Virus record (IMG/VR): IMGVR_UViG_2639763197_000004
Coordinates: 1-64,000 of that record
Length of the DNA stretch: 64,000 nucleotides
DNA from: a virus
Lineage: Duplodnaviria > Caudoviricetes
Strand: one strand, 5' to 3'
This document shows positions 18,818 to 27,903 of this stretch, in pieces. The translations under genes were made by a program, and so were the position numbers. Position 1 is the stretch's first letter; every line of letters begins with the position of its first letter. The notes beneath the pieces are model-generated. The model saw only the letters and a program-made list of their open reading frames with translations, was not told the origin of the DNA and did no database searches.

Positions 18818-20084
18818 ATTGGGGGCGGCGATACAACCTAACGCCGAGGCGCAGATCATCCAGGTAGTCTTCGCTGTCAGCAACAAAGCCCGTTACGCCA
18901 TCCCAGCCATCATCGCCTACTTCAAACACAGCAAGCGCAGGTGCTGGGTTGCCCTCGACTTCAAAGCGCGCAAGGTAACGGCGGCGAACTACCGCTTTTT
19001 GCTGTGCATAGAGCCATTCCAAGCGAACCCAAATTTCATCAGGTTCTCGCAATGCCTGAGCAACAAGAAGTAGCGTGCGCTCGCGGCCACGCTTTTGTAC
19101 CTTCAAGGCCCCTGTGCGCTTGACTGTGAACATATCGCGACCAATCACCACAGAGTCACCGGTCACATCCTTGAACAATGCTGGCGCGCTTTGTTTGGCA
19201 CCGAACTCGGCCAGGAAGCGATCCACGTATACATCGTCGGTCAAACCCGATGGCAGCAACTGACTGGCAGGAACGGAGCGTGGTGCTGGCAGTGCATCGC
19301 TAGCGCGGCGATTAGGCAGGCCTGCCGCGTGAGCGCTGGCGGGCTTGCCCTCAATTTCAGGCAGTGGATCATGTGCCCGCAAAGGAGGGACCGCGCCGGA
19401 AAGTTTCGACTGACCTGGTGCATATTCGAAGCCTGGGTCAATTCCCTTTGGCACACGAACAGTTCGCGGTCCTTCGGGGCTGTTCTTGCCAATGACCCTG
19501 TCTTCCCACTCGATGGCGGGCGCCGAGCCAACTGTAAGCCCCATCCGCTCTACATCTCTGGCTGAGACCATGAACTTTTTGCACTTGCAGCCCCAACCAT
19601 TTTGCGGGGTATGGGTTGCCCACCACGGATCATCAAGCGGGAGGGTTGTACCGTTCCAGGACAAGTGCATCGGCCGAGGGTGAGCGCTGTCGCCGTGGCG
19701 ATAAACAGCATATGGGCGACGCTTGCGCAGTTCAGGATCAGCCATCTGCGCTTCGCGCCCGGCGTTATAGGACTGCCGCAAGTTTGTTTCCCAAATGACA
19801 TTAGTGCGCCATCCACGACCGCCGTTGTACTGCCAGCCATGTTTGCCGACTACCTGGTCGAAATCTTTTCTGAACTGTTCCAGGGTGGTTCCGCTGGCGA
19901 TAGACTTCTCTACAGCGCCCCGCAAGTCGGTCAGCAGATCTCTTTTTACTGCACCGGCTACAACAAAGGCATAGTCATGTTCAGTGGTATAGATATCCGT
20001 CCAGGAGCGAGTTGGCAGATTAACTTTGTTGCGGAAGTAGTCGATCTGCTCTTTGAATGGCAATGAGCCATGAGAGACGGCCAC
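18816..20084 (-). CDS. MuF/gp30 minor head protein with C-terminal nuclease-like (PBECR-type) extension
   Basis: AFVVAG, TNLRQSYNAGR, R..H..W.G, P.NGWGCKC, IDPGFEY; extra ~150 aa containing 'AQALREPDEIW' and 'W.GVTGF'. Confidence 0.85.
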   Translation of the reverse strand: MAVSHGSLPFKEQIDYFRNKVNLPTRSWTDIYTTEHDYAFVVAGAVKRDLLTDLRGAVEKSIASGTTLEQFRKDFDQVVGKHGWQYNGGRGWRTNVIWETNLRQSYNAGREAQMADPELRKRRPYAVYRHGDSAHPRPMHLSWNGTTLPLDDPWWATHTPQNGWGCKCKKFMVSARDVERMGLTVGSAPAIEWEDRVIGKNSPEGPRTVRVPKGIDPGFEYAPGQSKLSGAVPPLRAHDPLPEIEGKPASAHAAGLPNRRASDALPAPRSVPASQLLPSGLTDDVYVDRFLAEFGAKQSAPALFKDVTGDSVVIGRDMFTVKRTGALKVQKRGRERTLLLVAQALREPDEIWVRLEWLYAQQKAVVRRRYLARFEVEGNPAPALAVFEVGDDGWDGVTGFVADSEDYLDDLRLGVRLYRRPQ

Positions 20085-20086
20085 TG

Positions 20087-21649
20087 TTATAACCCTCTCA
20101 AAATATCATTACGTCCAGCCAAACTAGCCGCCATCATTCCATCGGCCATGGCGTCGGCCAGTTGATTGGTGGTCATAGTTGGATAGGTCTCTATCAACCT
20201 ATCCCGGAACTCTTCCAGGCTGCTGACGGAGTCGAGCAGCTCCTTGACCTGGTCGACCATATCATCCAGATATGTCCCGGCTGTTCGCTCCAACGTCTGC
20301 ACCTGGTTGTCCACGATGTCCGGTATCGCTATCGGTTTTTTGGGCACTTGCTCGCTATTGGTCGCCTGCGCCAGTACTGGTGCAGCGACTGGCGCAGCTA
20401 TACCGAGCAGATCGGCACCTGCGGCCGGTGCCGGGATATTGAGCTTGTCGCGTATAACTGATTGCTCGGCCTTCAAACCTAGAGGCACCAGTTCCTTTAG
20501 CGCCTCGATCAGGATTTTGGTGTTTTCTGGCTTCGGTACATCAATGATTAACCGGGGATATGGCCGACCAGGTGCAAAGTTCAGTTCGCACCAGGGCCGC
20601 ACAAAGTAGCGGTTCAAAGTGTTCGATTCGGCCTTGGCGTCAGCTTGCAACAGATCCAGGCGGACTTCGTTATGGATCGTTGCCTGGGCCTGGCTAGAGC
20701 CGTCATCGGTGGACATGGTCTGGCCGACCACCGCTTTGCTGATCTGCTTGTCCCACCACTCGGCGAGGCCTTTAAAGAAGTCGCCTGCGCCGGTTACGTT
20801 CGCCGCCTGGGTGAAGTCGATACGCATGCTGTCCGGGATCACCGCTGCTGCATCGCTGCCCAGGTTGGCTACGGCTGACATCAGGGTATTGATATCGTCT
20901 TTGCTCGCGCCTGGACCATAGCGGCCCACACGCATAGGCATGCCGAAGATATCCGCGAAGCCCATCCAGTCCTTCCAGGTCCAGGCTTTGCACATGTAGC
21001 CAACCGCCGCCAAACGCGCCAGACCACCCCTGATCGGCAAGCCCGAACGGATGCGCGGCAGGTGGACAATGAACTTGTACGGCGTCAAGGCAATGCCATT
21101 GACCATATCGGCCTCATCGAGCAGGCGCAGCTCCCGGCCGGTGTCGCGGTCGAACTGGAAAAACCGCTGATCCCGTGGTTCAAAGCGCGATGGGTTCCAG
21201 GTCTTGCCGCTACGGTCCCACATGATTTCGGAGACGGCATAGCCCTTGCCCATGGCATCGGTGAGGTCGGCTTGCAGTTCCCCGAACTCTGGAGACTCCA
21301 CAATTTCCTTGAGTTGGTCGGCGCGCCTTACGTCCTCGGCGTCGTCGCTGGCAGCTTCTACCCGGATAGCAAGGCCAGACACCGCCAACTTACGTGTGCC
21401 TAACACCGAGGCGTAATGCAGATCCCGTTCTTCCATCTCCTCGGCAAGGGTCAGGTAGTCATGGGCCGACCCTTCGGCGGCGGCTTGCAGGATGGCGGCA
21501 AGACGACCAGGCGTCAGACCGCTGGCTACCGACTGGTGCCAAACTTGGCGAATGCCGGTGGTGCGGGCTGCGGCCAGTTCTTCGGTGAGCTTGTCGTATT
21601 GGATCGGGCGACCGTATTGGTCCACGATTTTGGATTGAGCCATTACCAA
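20087..21649 (-). CDS. Portal protein, Mu gp29/DUF935-like
   Basis: EEMEERD.HY, FGMP.RVGRY, ISKAVVGQT. Confidence 0.92.
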   Translation of the reverse strand: MVMAQSKIVDQYGRPIQYDKLTEELAAARTTGIRQVWHQSVASGLTPGRLAAILQAAAEGSAHDYLTLAEEMEERDLHYASVLGTRKLAVSGLAIRVEAASDDAEDVRRADQLKEIVESPEFGELQADLTDAMGKGYAVSEIMWDRSGKTWNPSRFEPRDQRFFQFDRDTGRELRLLDEADMVNGIALTPYKFIVHLPRIRSGLPIRGGLARLAAVGYMCKAWTWKDWMGFADIFGMPMRVGRYGPGASKDDINTLMSAVANLGSDAAAVIPDSMRIDFTQAANVTGAGDFFKGLAEWWDKQISKAVVGQTMSTDDGSSQAQATIHNEVRLDLLQADAKAESNTLNRYFVRPWCELNFAPGRPYPRLIIDVPKPENTKILIEALKELVPLGLKAEQSVIRDKLNIPAPAAGADLLGIAAPVAAPVLAQATNSEQVPKKPIAIPDIVDNQVQTLERTAGTYLDDMVDQVKELLDSVSSLEEFRDRLIETYPTMTTNQLADAMADGMMAASLAGRNDILRGL

Positions 21650-23196
21650 ATGCCTTTAGTGGAGCGCCAGCCGGCGCCGATCTGGATCTCGCGATCATGC
21701 TGGGACGCGGGCAGGACTCGGTGATATTCGATGATCTCGACTTCCTGGCGAGAGGCGTAGTCGGCCAACACAGCAGCGATACCCGCGTCGCCATGGCGCT
21801 TGGGGCCGGACTTTTCGCCTTTCTCGTTGGTGCGCTTTTCTGGAATACGGGCCACGCCCTTGACCATCCGAAAGGCGCGCACGTCGCTAACCACGTCCTT
21901 GTCGGCCGGGATGTCGTAGAAGGTGTCGTCTTCAAGGGCAGCCTTGAACGGCGGCATGTTGTCGCGATACCAACCTTCGGTGAGCATCACCCGCTCAATA
22001 CGGTTAAAACCGAACTCAACGGCAGTGTCTTCCGATAATTGCGAACCGTTGCCTCTGGCGTCATCGGCGCCATTGAGGAAATTGGGTAAGCGACGAATGA
22101 TGTAAAACTTGATTTGCAGTTGCTGCTTGAATGGGACGTTACGCAGCTCAACCACAAAGGGTGTGCGTTTGCGTAGGTTCTGTTCCTTGAGCAACGGCCA
22201 GAAGACTGAGAGGTCGCCAGAGCGTCCGAAGTCCATACCGTAAAAACTTTGCACGTCCAGTGGAATGGCTGACAGAAGCGGGAGCAAATGCTCTTCGCAC
22301 CATTCCAGGGACTCGGCCAGGCGCAGATGTTCAGCGATGGTTTCATAACCCTGCGGATAGGCCAGGCGCAGAACCGGCACGTTACGGTTACTACGCTGCT
22401 CGACCAGGGCCATACTGAGAAAGGCACCGCCGCCTTGGGACGGCACGCAGTCCAGTTCCTCGTCGGCTGCATCGCCGTAGAATCCGTATACATCCTTCAC
22501 CCAGGCAAGTTCGTCCTCAAGCCTGTACTCAATTCCCTTACGCAAGCAGACACGTTTGTACAGCCCGTCAGCTACCGCTTCACCGAACGTGCAGCGGAAC
22601 ACTTCGCCATTGCGCTTGCCTGCCCGAATCTCGTTGACCAGGTCATTAAAGGGATTTTCGGTTCCATCGTGGGTGCTGATCACATGGACTTCACCACCCC
22701 AAATCAGAAGAGCCATGGCCGCTTTCAGCAACTCGGCCAAGTCCGCATGGAATGCAGCTTCGTCGATCACCACAACACCCTGGCGGCCGCGCAGGTTGGA
22801 TGGTCGGCTGGTCAGCGCCACGATGCGGTGGCCGCTGGGAAACGCGATGGTGTAGGTTTTGATGTGTTTGTCGGGGTCGCTATCGGGCCAAATGCCTTCT
22901 TCTATTTGCTCGGCCGCGTAGTTGTAGGCCCGCGCCCACATGGCGCAGGCCTGGATATATTCGACTGTCATGTCCTGGTTGTAGCCCAGGTAGTAGACCG
23001 TCTGGCCGCCCGCCGATTTTTCTGAGGCTGCCACCAGGACGTTATCTGCTGCTTCGGCCCAGGTGAGGCCAATACGCCGGGACTTCTCGCCCACCTTGAG
23101 CGGGGCGCGGATACCGATCCATTCCTTCTGATAGTCGAGTAGCACGGCCGGTGCGAGCAAGGTGGCGGTGCTGTCCAGGATAAGGGGGAGGCTCAC
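21643..23196 (-). CDS. Terminase large subunit, Mu gp28-like
   Basis: EKSRRIGLTW, VIDEAAFH, GMDFGR, RHGD. Confidence 0.93.
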   Translation of the reverse strand: MSLPLILDSTATLLAPAVLLDYQKEWIGIRAPLKVGEKSRRIGLTWAEAADNVLVAASEKSAGGQTVYYLGYNQDMTVEYIQACAMWARAYNYAAEQIEEGIWPDSDPDKHIKTYTIAFPSGHRIVALTSRPSNLRGRQGVVVIDEAAFHADLAELLKAAMALLIWGGEVHVISTHDGTENPFNDLVNEIRAGKRNGEVFRCTFGEAVADGLYKRVCLRKGIEYRLEDELAWVKDVYGFYGDAADEELDCVPSQGGGAFLSMALVEQRSNRNVPVLRLAYPQGYETIAEHLRLAESLEWCEEHLLPLLSAIPLDVQSFYGMDFGRSGDLSVFWPLLKEQNLRKRTPFVVELRNVPFKQQLQIKFYIIRRLPNFLNGADDARGNGSQLSEDTAVEFGFNRIERVMLTEGWYRDNMPPFKAALEDDTFYDIPADKDVVSDVRAFRMVKGVARIPEKRTNEKGEKSGPKRHGDAGIAAVLADYASRQEVEIIEYHRVLPASQHDREIQIGAGWRSTKGIW

Positions 23197-23705
23197 GATG
23201 CCATCCCCAGAATCTCGCGGCGGATTTCGTCGGCCGTTGCCTGAGTCATCCCACCTTTCTTGGCAATTTTATCAACGCGAGCCGCTGCTGTTTCGACCTT
23301 CTCCCGCCACTCGGCTTGCCATTTCTTCTGCACCACCGAAGCCTTGCCCAGCTCGGCCACAGCTTTGGCTACCTTCGGCAAGTCCATCTGATCACCATCA
23401 GTCATCAGCAATTTGAATAGGTGCTCCTGGACCAGGCGCATCAACGCTTCGTTGACCGCGCCTTCTTCATCCGGCGCAGCGGCCACCACGGCGCGAGCCT
23501 GTTCGCTTGCCATTTTCAAGGCCGAGAGTTTGGACTCGAAGTCCTGACCATAACGATGCAGCGCAGACTTGCTGATTGAAAAACCCTGGGTCGACAGCTC
23601 GTTAGCCAGGGCTTCGTAATCGCTGAAGTTGTTTTCGGCCAAGGCTTTGTCGAGCCAGTTTTTAACTGACTTGGGCAGACTGGCGACTTTGCTGCGCGGG
23701 GGCAT
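23193..23705 (-). CDS. Terminase small subunit, Mu gp27/DUF3486-like
   Basis: SKV..LP, ISKSALHRYG; start at ATG 23705. Confidence 0.85.
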   Translation of the reverse strand: MPPRSKVASLPKSVKNWLDKALAENNFSDYEALANELSTQGFSISKSALHRYGQDFESKLSALKMASEQARAVVAAAPDEEGAVNEALMRLVQEHLFKLLMTDGDQMDLPKVAKAVAELGKASVVQKKWQAEWREKVETAAARVDKIAKKGGMTQATADEIRREILGMAS

Positions 23706-23709
23706 GGCG

Positions 23710-24021
23710 TCAGCTCCAGTATTTTTCTGGGCGGGCAATACCAGGATTGCAGTCGATGGTGTACTCGGCCACGTCGACACCGTAGTGGGTCAATCCGCAG
23801 ATCCACGCACCGCTAGACTGTTTCTTCAGGGTTGTCAGGCTGCGGTCGGCCAGGTAGTCCAGTTCGCGCCGTAGTTCCAGGCTGGTGGCATCGGGGAAGA
23901 TGCCCTGGATGGTCGACAGCACCACCGCTTCGTGGGGGTCAACGGGGCGCGATGTGTTGAGGGTAAGGATGATGTACCAACGCAGGGATTCCCGGCGGGC
24001 CTTGGCTGGATCAATGTTCAT
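23710..24021 (-). CDS. Mu gp26-like protein
   Basis: Position; LRRELDYL and PGIARP motifs. Confidence 0.65.
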   Translation of the reverse strand: MNIDPAKARRESLRWYIILTLNTSRPVDPHEAVVLSTIQGIFPDATSLELRRELDYLADRSLTTLKKQSSGAWICGLTHYGVDVAEYTIDCNPGIARPEKYWS

Positions 24022-24329
24022 GGGCGTAGTCCTTTGAGCTGAACGTTTTCTAACTTGAGTGCCAGGCCGTCGAGCTTGGCTTCGATAATGGATTGATTGC
24101 GTGCCCAGTCTTCTCGGCGGACGTAGTGCAAAGGCATCTCGCCACGCAGGCGCTCCATGCCGATCTCCATCTCGCGCAGGCGCTCACTGTCCTTGTCCAC
24201 CACGGCAAAGCGTTGATCCAGGCGCCGTTCCATTTGCACCAGGAGCATTTTCATAACGCCGACAAATGCGCCGAGGATGGTCACGGCGATACTGATCATT
24301 TGCCACACCGGCATTTCGAGTGTCGCCAT
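24018..24329 (-). CDS. Membrane-anchored Mu gp25-like protein
   Basis: TM segment plus LHYVRRED motif; start at ATG 24329. Confidence 0.65.
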   Translation of the reverse strand: MATLEMPVWQMISIAVTILGAFVGVMKMLLVQMERRLDQRFAVVDKDSERLREMEIGMERLRGEMPLHYVRREDWARNQSIIEAKLDGLALKLENVQLKGLRP

Positions 24330-24547
24330 TAGTGCTTGCTCCTTTCGCGACGGGTTTGGCACTGCGCGCAACGCTGCACACCGGGGATGGCTTGGCGCCG
24401 TTCTTCGGGTATCGGCATGTCGCAATCAGCCACCTGGCAGAACTCGGCCGAGGGGCCGATCAAAATTTCTTGCTGTGCCAAATGAGTCGCTAAAGCGCTT
24501 TCGTTGTGCAGGGCTTCCAGGACGCTGGCGTAGTCACTTGCTTTCAT
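24329..24547 (-). CDS. TraR/DksA C4 zinc-finger protein
   Basis: C....C..IPEERRQAIPGVQRC..CQ. Confidence 0.85.
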   Translation of the reverse strand: MKASDYASVLEALHNESALATHLAQQEILIGPSAEFCQVADCDMPIPEERRQAIPGVQRCAQCQTRRERSKH

Positions 24548-25154
24548 TGCGGGTCCAATTGATCAGGTCTTTGAGCTGCGCCCGGCAGATTCCATACAGC
24601 TCGCCATTGCGTACCTGGTTGGTCAGGAGTTGTTCCTGGGTGACGCCTGAGTCGAGGTCGTCAGCGTTTCCGGTTCCGCTGGCAGGCGCAGGAGTTCGGC
24701 CGGAGCCGTTCGGGGTTGGCATTGCGGAACTGGGGGTAATACCGTTTGCGGCGTTCCACACGCGGACAAAGCCAGTAGTGAACACAGCAGCAGGCAGTGG
24801 CTCAGGCTTCGCATCCAAGGCGCGGCGATAGAGTTTGGTAACACGGGCAACATCTCCTGTGAGTCGGTCAGTGGTCTGACGCAGGGTTTCTTTGGTGTCT
24901 GCAAGCTGGCTAACCAGTTGATTATTTTTGCCTTGCTCGATGCGTAGCCGCGCCAGATCTGCATCGGCGGCGAGCTGCTTTTCCACGGCGTGTTCTTTAC
25001 GCAGAACCTCTACAGCGGTTTCCCCTTCGGACTTAGCCAGGCTGTAGCCTTCGTCGTAGCCGTCCTGGCGGTTCAAGTGAAAGCCGTACACCACGACGCT
25101 GATAACAGCCACGTACCAGAGCAGCGGCTTGACCAGGTCAAACAGGCTTTTCAT
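24534..25154 (-). CDS. Inner-membrane spanin (Rz-like)
   Basis: N-terminal TM plus coiled coil, after the endolysin. Confidence 0.75.
   Translation of the reverse strand: MKSLFDLVKPLLWYVAVISVVVYGFHLNRQDGYDEGYSLAKSEGETAVEVLRKEHAVEKQLAADADLARLRIEQGKNNQLVSQLADTKETLRQTTDRLTGDVARVTKLYRRALDAKPEPLPAAVFTTGFVRVWNAANGITPSSAMPTPNGSGRTPAPASGTGNADDLDSGVTQEQLLTNQVRNGELYGICRAQLKDLINWTRNESK
24623..24814 (-). CDS. Embedded outer-membrane lipoprotein spanin (Rz1-like)
   Basis: Alternate-frame ORF MRSLSHCLLLCSLLALSAC with lipobox and Pro-rich mature part. Confidence 0.7.
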   Translation of the reverse strand: MRSLSHCLLLCSLLALSACGTPQTVLPPVPQCQPRTAPAELLRLPAEPETLTTSTQASPRNNS

Positions 25155-25783
25155 TGGCAGACCCCCTGGCCCCAGCCATCAGCGACATACAGGGCTTCCC
25201 AGCGCAGGAGGATCAGGCGCGGGTATTGGCGGTTTTCCTTGAATGCAGCGGCCGAGCGGCCGTTGTTGAACCGCTCGACAGAGTTGAACCAGGTCAGCGG
25301 ATCGGCCCCTTTAGCCGATGCCAACTTGCGATCTTTGATGACCCAGCCCAAACCGCCGTTGTAGGCAGAAAGGATCAGCGCCCCTTGTTCGCAGGGGCCA
25401 CGCGCCTGGATGCGGTTCGCCAGCCAACGGTCATAGCTGACAAGCGCTTGCATGGACCAAACCGGGTTATACGGCTCGACCTTGCCAAGGGCTTTGGGGA
25501 ACAGCCCTGCGAGCCAGGTGGCGGTCGAGGGCATCACTTGGCCCAAGCCTTGCGCACCGACGGGCGACCGGGCGTCGAACCTCCAGCGGCTTTCCTGGTG
25601 GATCTGGGCGGCGAAGGTGGACACCGGGGCGTCCAAGCCCCATTCGGCTTGGGCGATACGGGTTAGGTCGCGGCGGTAGCGTTCGGCCTGGTCTGGGATT
25701 TCGGCTCTGGCTGTTGAGCAAGCGCTCACAACTACGAGCAATACCAGGCAAGCCGCCGCAAGGTTGAGTAGATGTTGTCGCAT
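25151..25783 (-). CDS. Lytic transglycosylase endolysin
   Basis: QES, GAQGLGQVMP, AYNGG motifs; N-terminal hydrophobic signal; start at ATG 25783. Confidence 0.9.
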   Translation of the reverse strand: MRQHLLNLAAACLVLLVVVSACSTARAEIPDQAERYRRDLTRIAQAEWGLDAPVSTFAAQIHQESRWRFDARSPVGAQGLGQVMPSTATWLAGLFPKALGKVEPYNPVWSMQALVSYDRWLANRIQARGPCEQGALILSAYNGGLGWVIKDRKLASAKGADPLTWFNSVERFNNGRSAAAFKENRQYPRLILLRWEALYVADGWGQGVCQ

Positions 25784-25785
25784 CG

Positions 25786-26079
25786 TTAAAGCCCCAGCGT
25801 CAGGCCAAGGACGCAGCCCAGTACGACCAGGGCGCGGCGGATGCCCGCCATGGGGCGGTCGCAAGCGGGGACCGTATCTGGTCGTGCATAGGGGAACAGA
25901 GCCCGGTCGAGCCAATAGCCCAACACACAACCCAGTGTGACCAGGCCACATTTATAGAGGACAACGGGCAATTTGGTTGGGGCGACAATTGCCAGACAGA
26001 ACAGCAAGGCGATGGTGATCAACGCCCAAAAGGTCATGCGAGGCGTGCGGGGTTTCCGTTTCGATACGGTGCTAGTCAT
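25786..26079 (-). CDS. Holin
   Basis: Three hydrophobic segments, GYWLDRALFPYARP; upstream of the endolysin. Confidence 0.8.
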   Translation of the reverse strand: MTSTVSKRKPRTPRMTFWALITIALLFCLAIVAPTKLPVVLYKCGLVTLGCVLGYWLDRALFPYARPDTVPACDRPMAGIRRALVVLGCVLGLTLGL

Positions 26080-26411
26080 TGGGATACTCGCGGTGAATGC
26101 ATGGTGGCACGCAGTGCGGCCAGTTGTTGAGCGGCCACAGAGGCATTGCCGCGCACGTAGGTGGGGGCTTGGTATTCGGCAAAGGTTGGTGTGATGGTTC
26201 TTACAGGGGGGCGTAACTTTTCCTGTTCCCGGACGTGTTGCTCGGTGCGGGCTTCGGCTTGTGAGATATGCGACTGCACCAACTCCCGCCAGTCGGCCGG
26301 AACCTTGGCCCACAGCACCGCACGCGCTGCATCATCACCTGCGGCTTGAATAAGCTGGGCGAACTGGCGCGGCCGTTGGGGCCGGGAAACTTTGGGGGGA
26401 GCGGAATGCAT
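26076..26411 (-). CDS. Hypothetical protein, first gene of the lysis block
   Basis: 111-aa ORF overlapping the holin start. Confidence 0.6.
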   Translation of the reverse strand: MHSAPPKVSRPQRPRQFAQLIQAAGDDAARAVLWAKVPADWRELVQSHISQAEARTEQHVREQEKLRPPVRTITPTFAEYQAPTYVRGNASVAAQQLAALRATMHSPRVSQ

Positions 26412-26467
26412 AGCGCGAACCTGCCGTTGAGGGAACGGTGCCAGCTTCGCGTATAGAAGGTATTGGT

Positions 26468-26489
26468 TGAGTATCAGCGGGGTTTAAGA
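26468..26489 (-). promoter_or_regulatory. Late promoter box, copy 3, abutting a terminator hairpin at 26489-26511
   Basis: Identical 22-mer; CCCGCC-accg-AGCGGGG-TTTTT on the minus strand just upstream. Confidence 0.75.
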
Positions 26490-26519
26490 AAAACCCCGCT
26501 CGGTGGCGGGGATGGAGAC

Positions 26520-27053
26520 TTACGAACTGCGAATTTTCTTCATAAAAGCAATGTCCTCATCGGATACGCCTTCTTTCTTTCTTTCCGCCTCCCACTCCGC
26601 TTCTGTCTGCTCTTTAACTGGTTCAGCGCGTGTCAGATCTGGATTTGCAATCTCAGCATCACAACTCAGTGAGTCTTCTTTCCAGACTCTATTTGAATAA
26701 TCAATCTCATGCTGTGTAGGTGGCTTGCTAAGGCAAGCACCATTAATGAAAGACACATTGAGAAGCATCTGTCTGCAACTGGAATGAACAAATCGAGCAC
26801 TGTACGTCAAATTATTTGTCGGTTGCTCTTTAAGTCGTTCGTTAATCACCTGCATGACAGCAGACTGTTTTTGCCTGTCTTTTATCATGCACGCCTGTTG
26901 AGCATGAGCCCGTAGGACATTTGCAAACTCACGATTTTCTAAAGCCTCTGTAGTCGCTTGTTCAATTGAAACGCTTCCCGGATTAGCGGCAAGGCAGCAT
27001 CCGGTAAAGCCGATGAGCAATGCCATAGTGCTGATTGCGGCTAGTCCTTTCAT
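26520..27053 (-). CDS. Exported Cys-rich accessory protein (moron)
   Basis: AT-rich ORF with signal peptide and several Cys; coupled to the mor-like stop. Confidence 0.7.
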   Translation of the reverse strand: MKGLAAISTMALLIGFTGCCLAANPGSVSIEQATTEALENREFANVLRAHAQQACMIKDRQKQSAVMQVINERLKEQPTNNLTYSARFVHSSCRQMLLNVSFINGACLSKPPTQHEIDYSNRVWKEDSLSCDAEIANPDLTRAEPVKEQTEAEWEAERKKEGVSDEDIAFMKKIRSS

Positions 27054-27490
27054 CAGTGCATCGTCCCTTCGTCAAATCCAAATAGGTCAGGCTCGTTCTT
27101 GCGATGCAGCGCCCGTTGTCGGCGAATGATGTCATAAATGGTCTGGTTCGCAAGGTCGTACTTGCTGACCAGGTCCGGGATCTTAATGTCGTTATCCTTC
27201 CAGTCCCGATAAATCATGGCATCGCGTAGCGCCCGTTTGAGTGCATCCCCGCGTGGCAAGTACACCACTCGCCCCCCCATCACGGAGCAAATCGCAAAAA
27301 CAACATGCCGAGCCAATTCCGCGGCTTCCACACCCGGTTTGATCTCGACCAGGAGCTTGGCCTCGGCGATTTCCACCATTTCACGCAATGAGCCCTCCCA
27401 GCGGGATATAACCGTAGGGTCTTGCATGTTCGCCAGTACTTTCTTGGCGTCCAGTTGATCAATGTCATCCGGGAACAGTTCTTCGTTCAT
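27053..27490 (-). CDS. Mor/C family transcription activator
   Basis: GGRVVYLPRG..L...RD..IY and C-terminal HTH (KYDLANQTIYDII). Confidence 0.9.
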   Translation of the reverse strand: MNEELFPDDIDQLDAKKVLANMQDPTVISRWEGSLREMVEIAEAKLLVEIKPGVEAAELARHVVFAICSVMGGRVVYLPRGDALKRALRDAMIYRDWKDNDIKIPDLVSKYDLANQTIYDIIRRQRALHRKNEPDLFGFDEGTMH

Positions 27491-27903
27491 CGCTCAGGCC
27501 TCCCGTGTCGGCGGGCATCGTAGGTCAATGCCGCAACCAGTTTTTGCAGTTGTCCAGGGTCGAGCCATTCAACGCGCTCAACCTTGAACATGCGCAAGGC
27601 CATACCATCGGCATACGCCCAGGAGCGTTTCGCCTCGGCGAGAAAGGCCTTAATTTTACCCACCAGCTTCTCCCGGTCTGGCGCAGGTTTCGGCGTTTTG
27701 CGGCCATGCTTTTTAGCCGGTGCTGACGCCCAGCCCAACCGGGCGAACTCGGCTAGTACTGCGCCGGTCTGGCGTGGAGTCAGGTCTTTGGCCGAACGCA
27801 CACCAGCCACACGGACCAGTAAGGCGCGGTAGGTTTCGTCATCTAGCCCCAGATCTTTTTTGGCGATATGGATTTTGCTCAGTTGCATGTTTCGCGTGCT
27901 CAT
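27487..27903 (-). CDS. GemA/gp16 (DUF1018) family protein
   Basis: IHIAKKDLGLDDETYR..L...G..SAKDL. Confidence 0.9.
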   Translation of the reverse strand: MSTRNMQLSKIHIAKKDLGLDDETYRALLVRVAGVRSAKDLTPRQTGAVLAEFARLGWASAPAKKHGRKTPKPAPDREKLVGKIKAFLAEAKRSWAYADGMALRMFKVERVEWLDPGQLQKLVAALTYDARRHGRPER

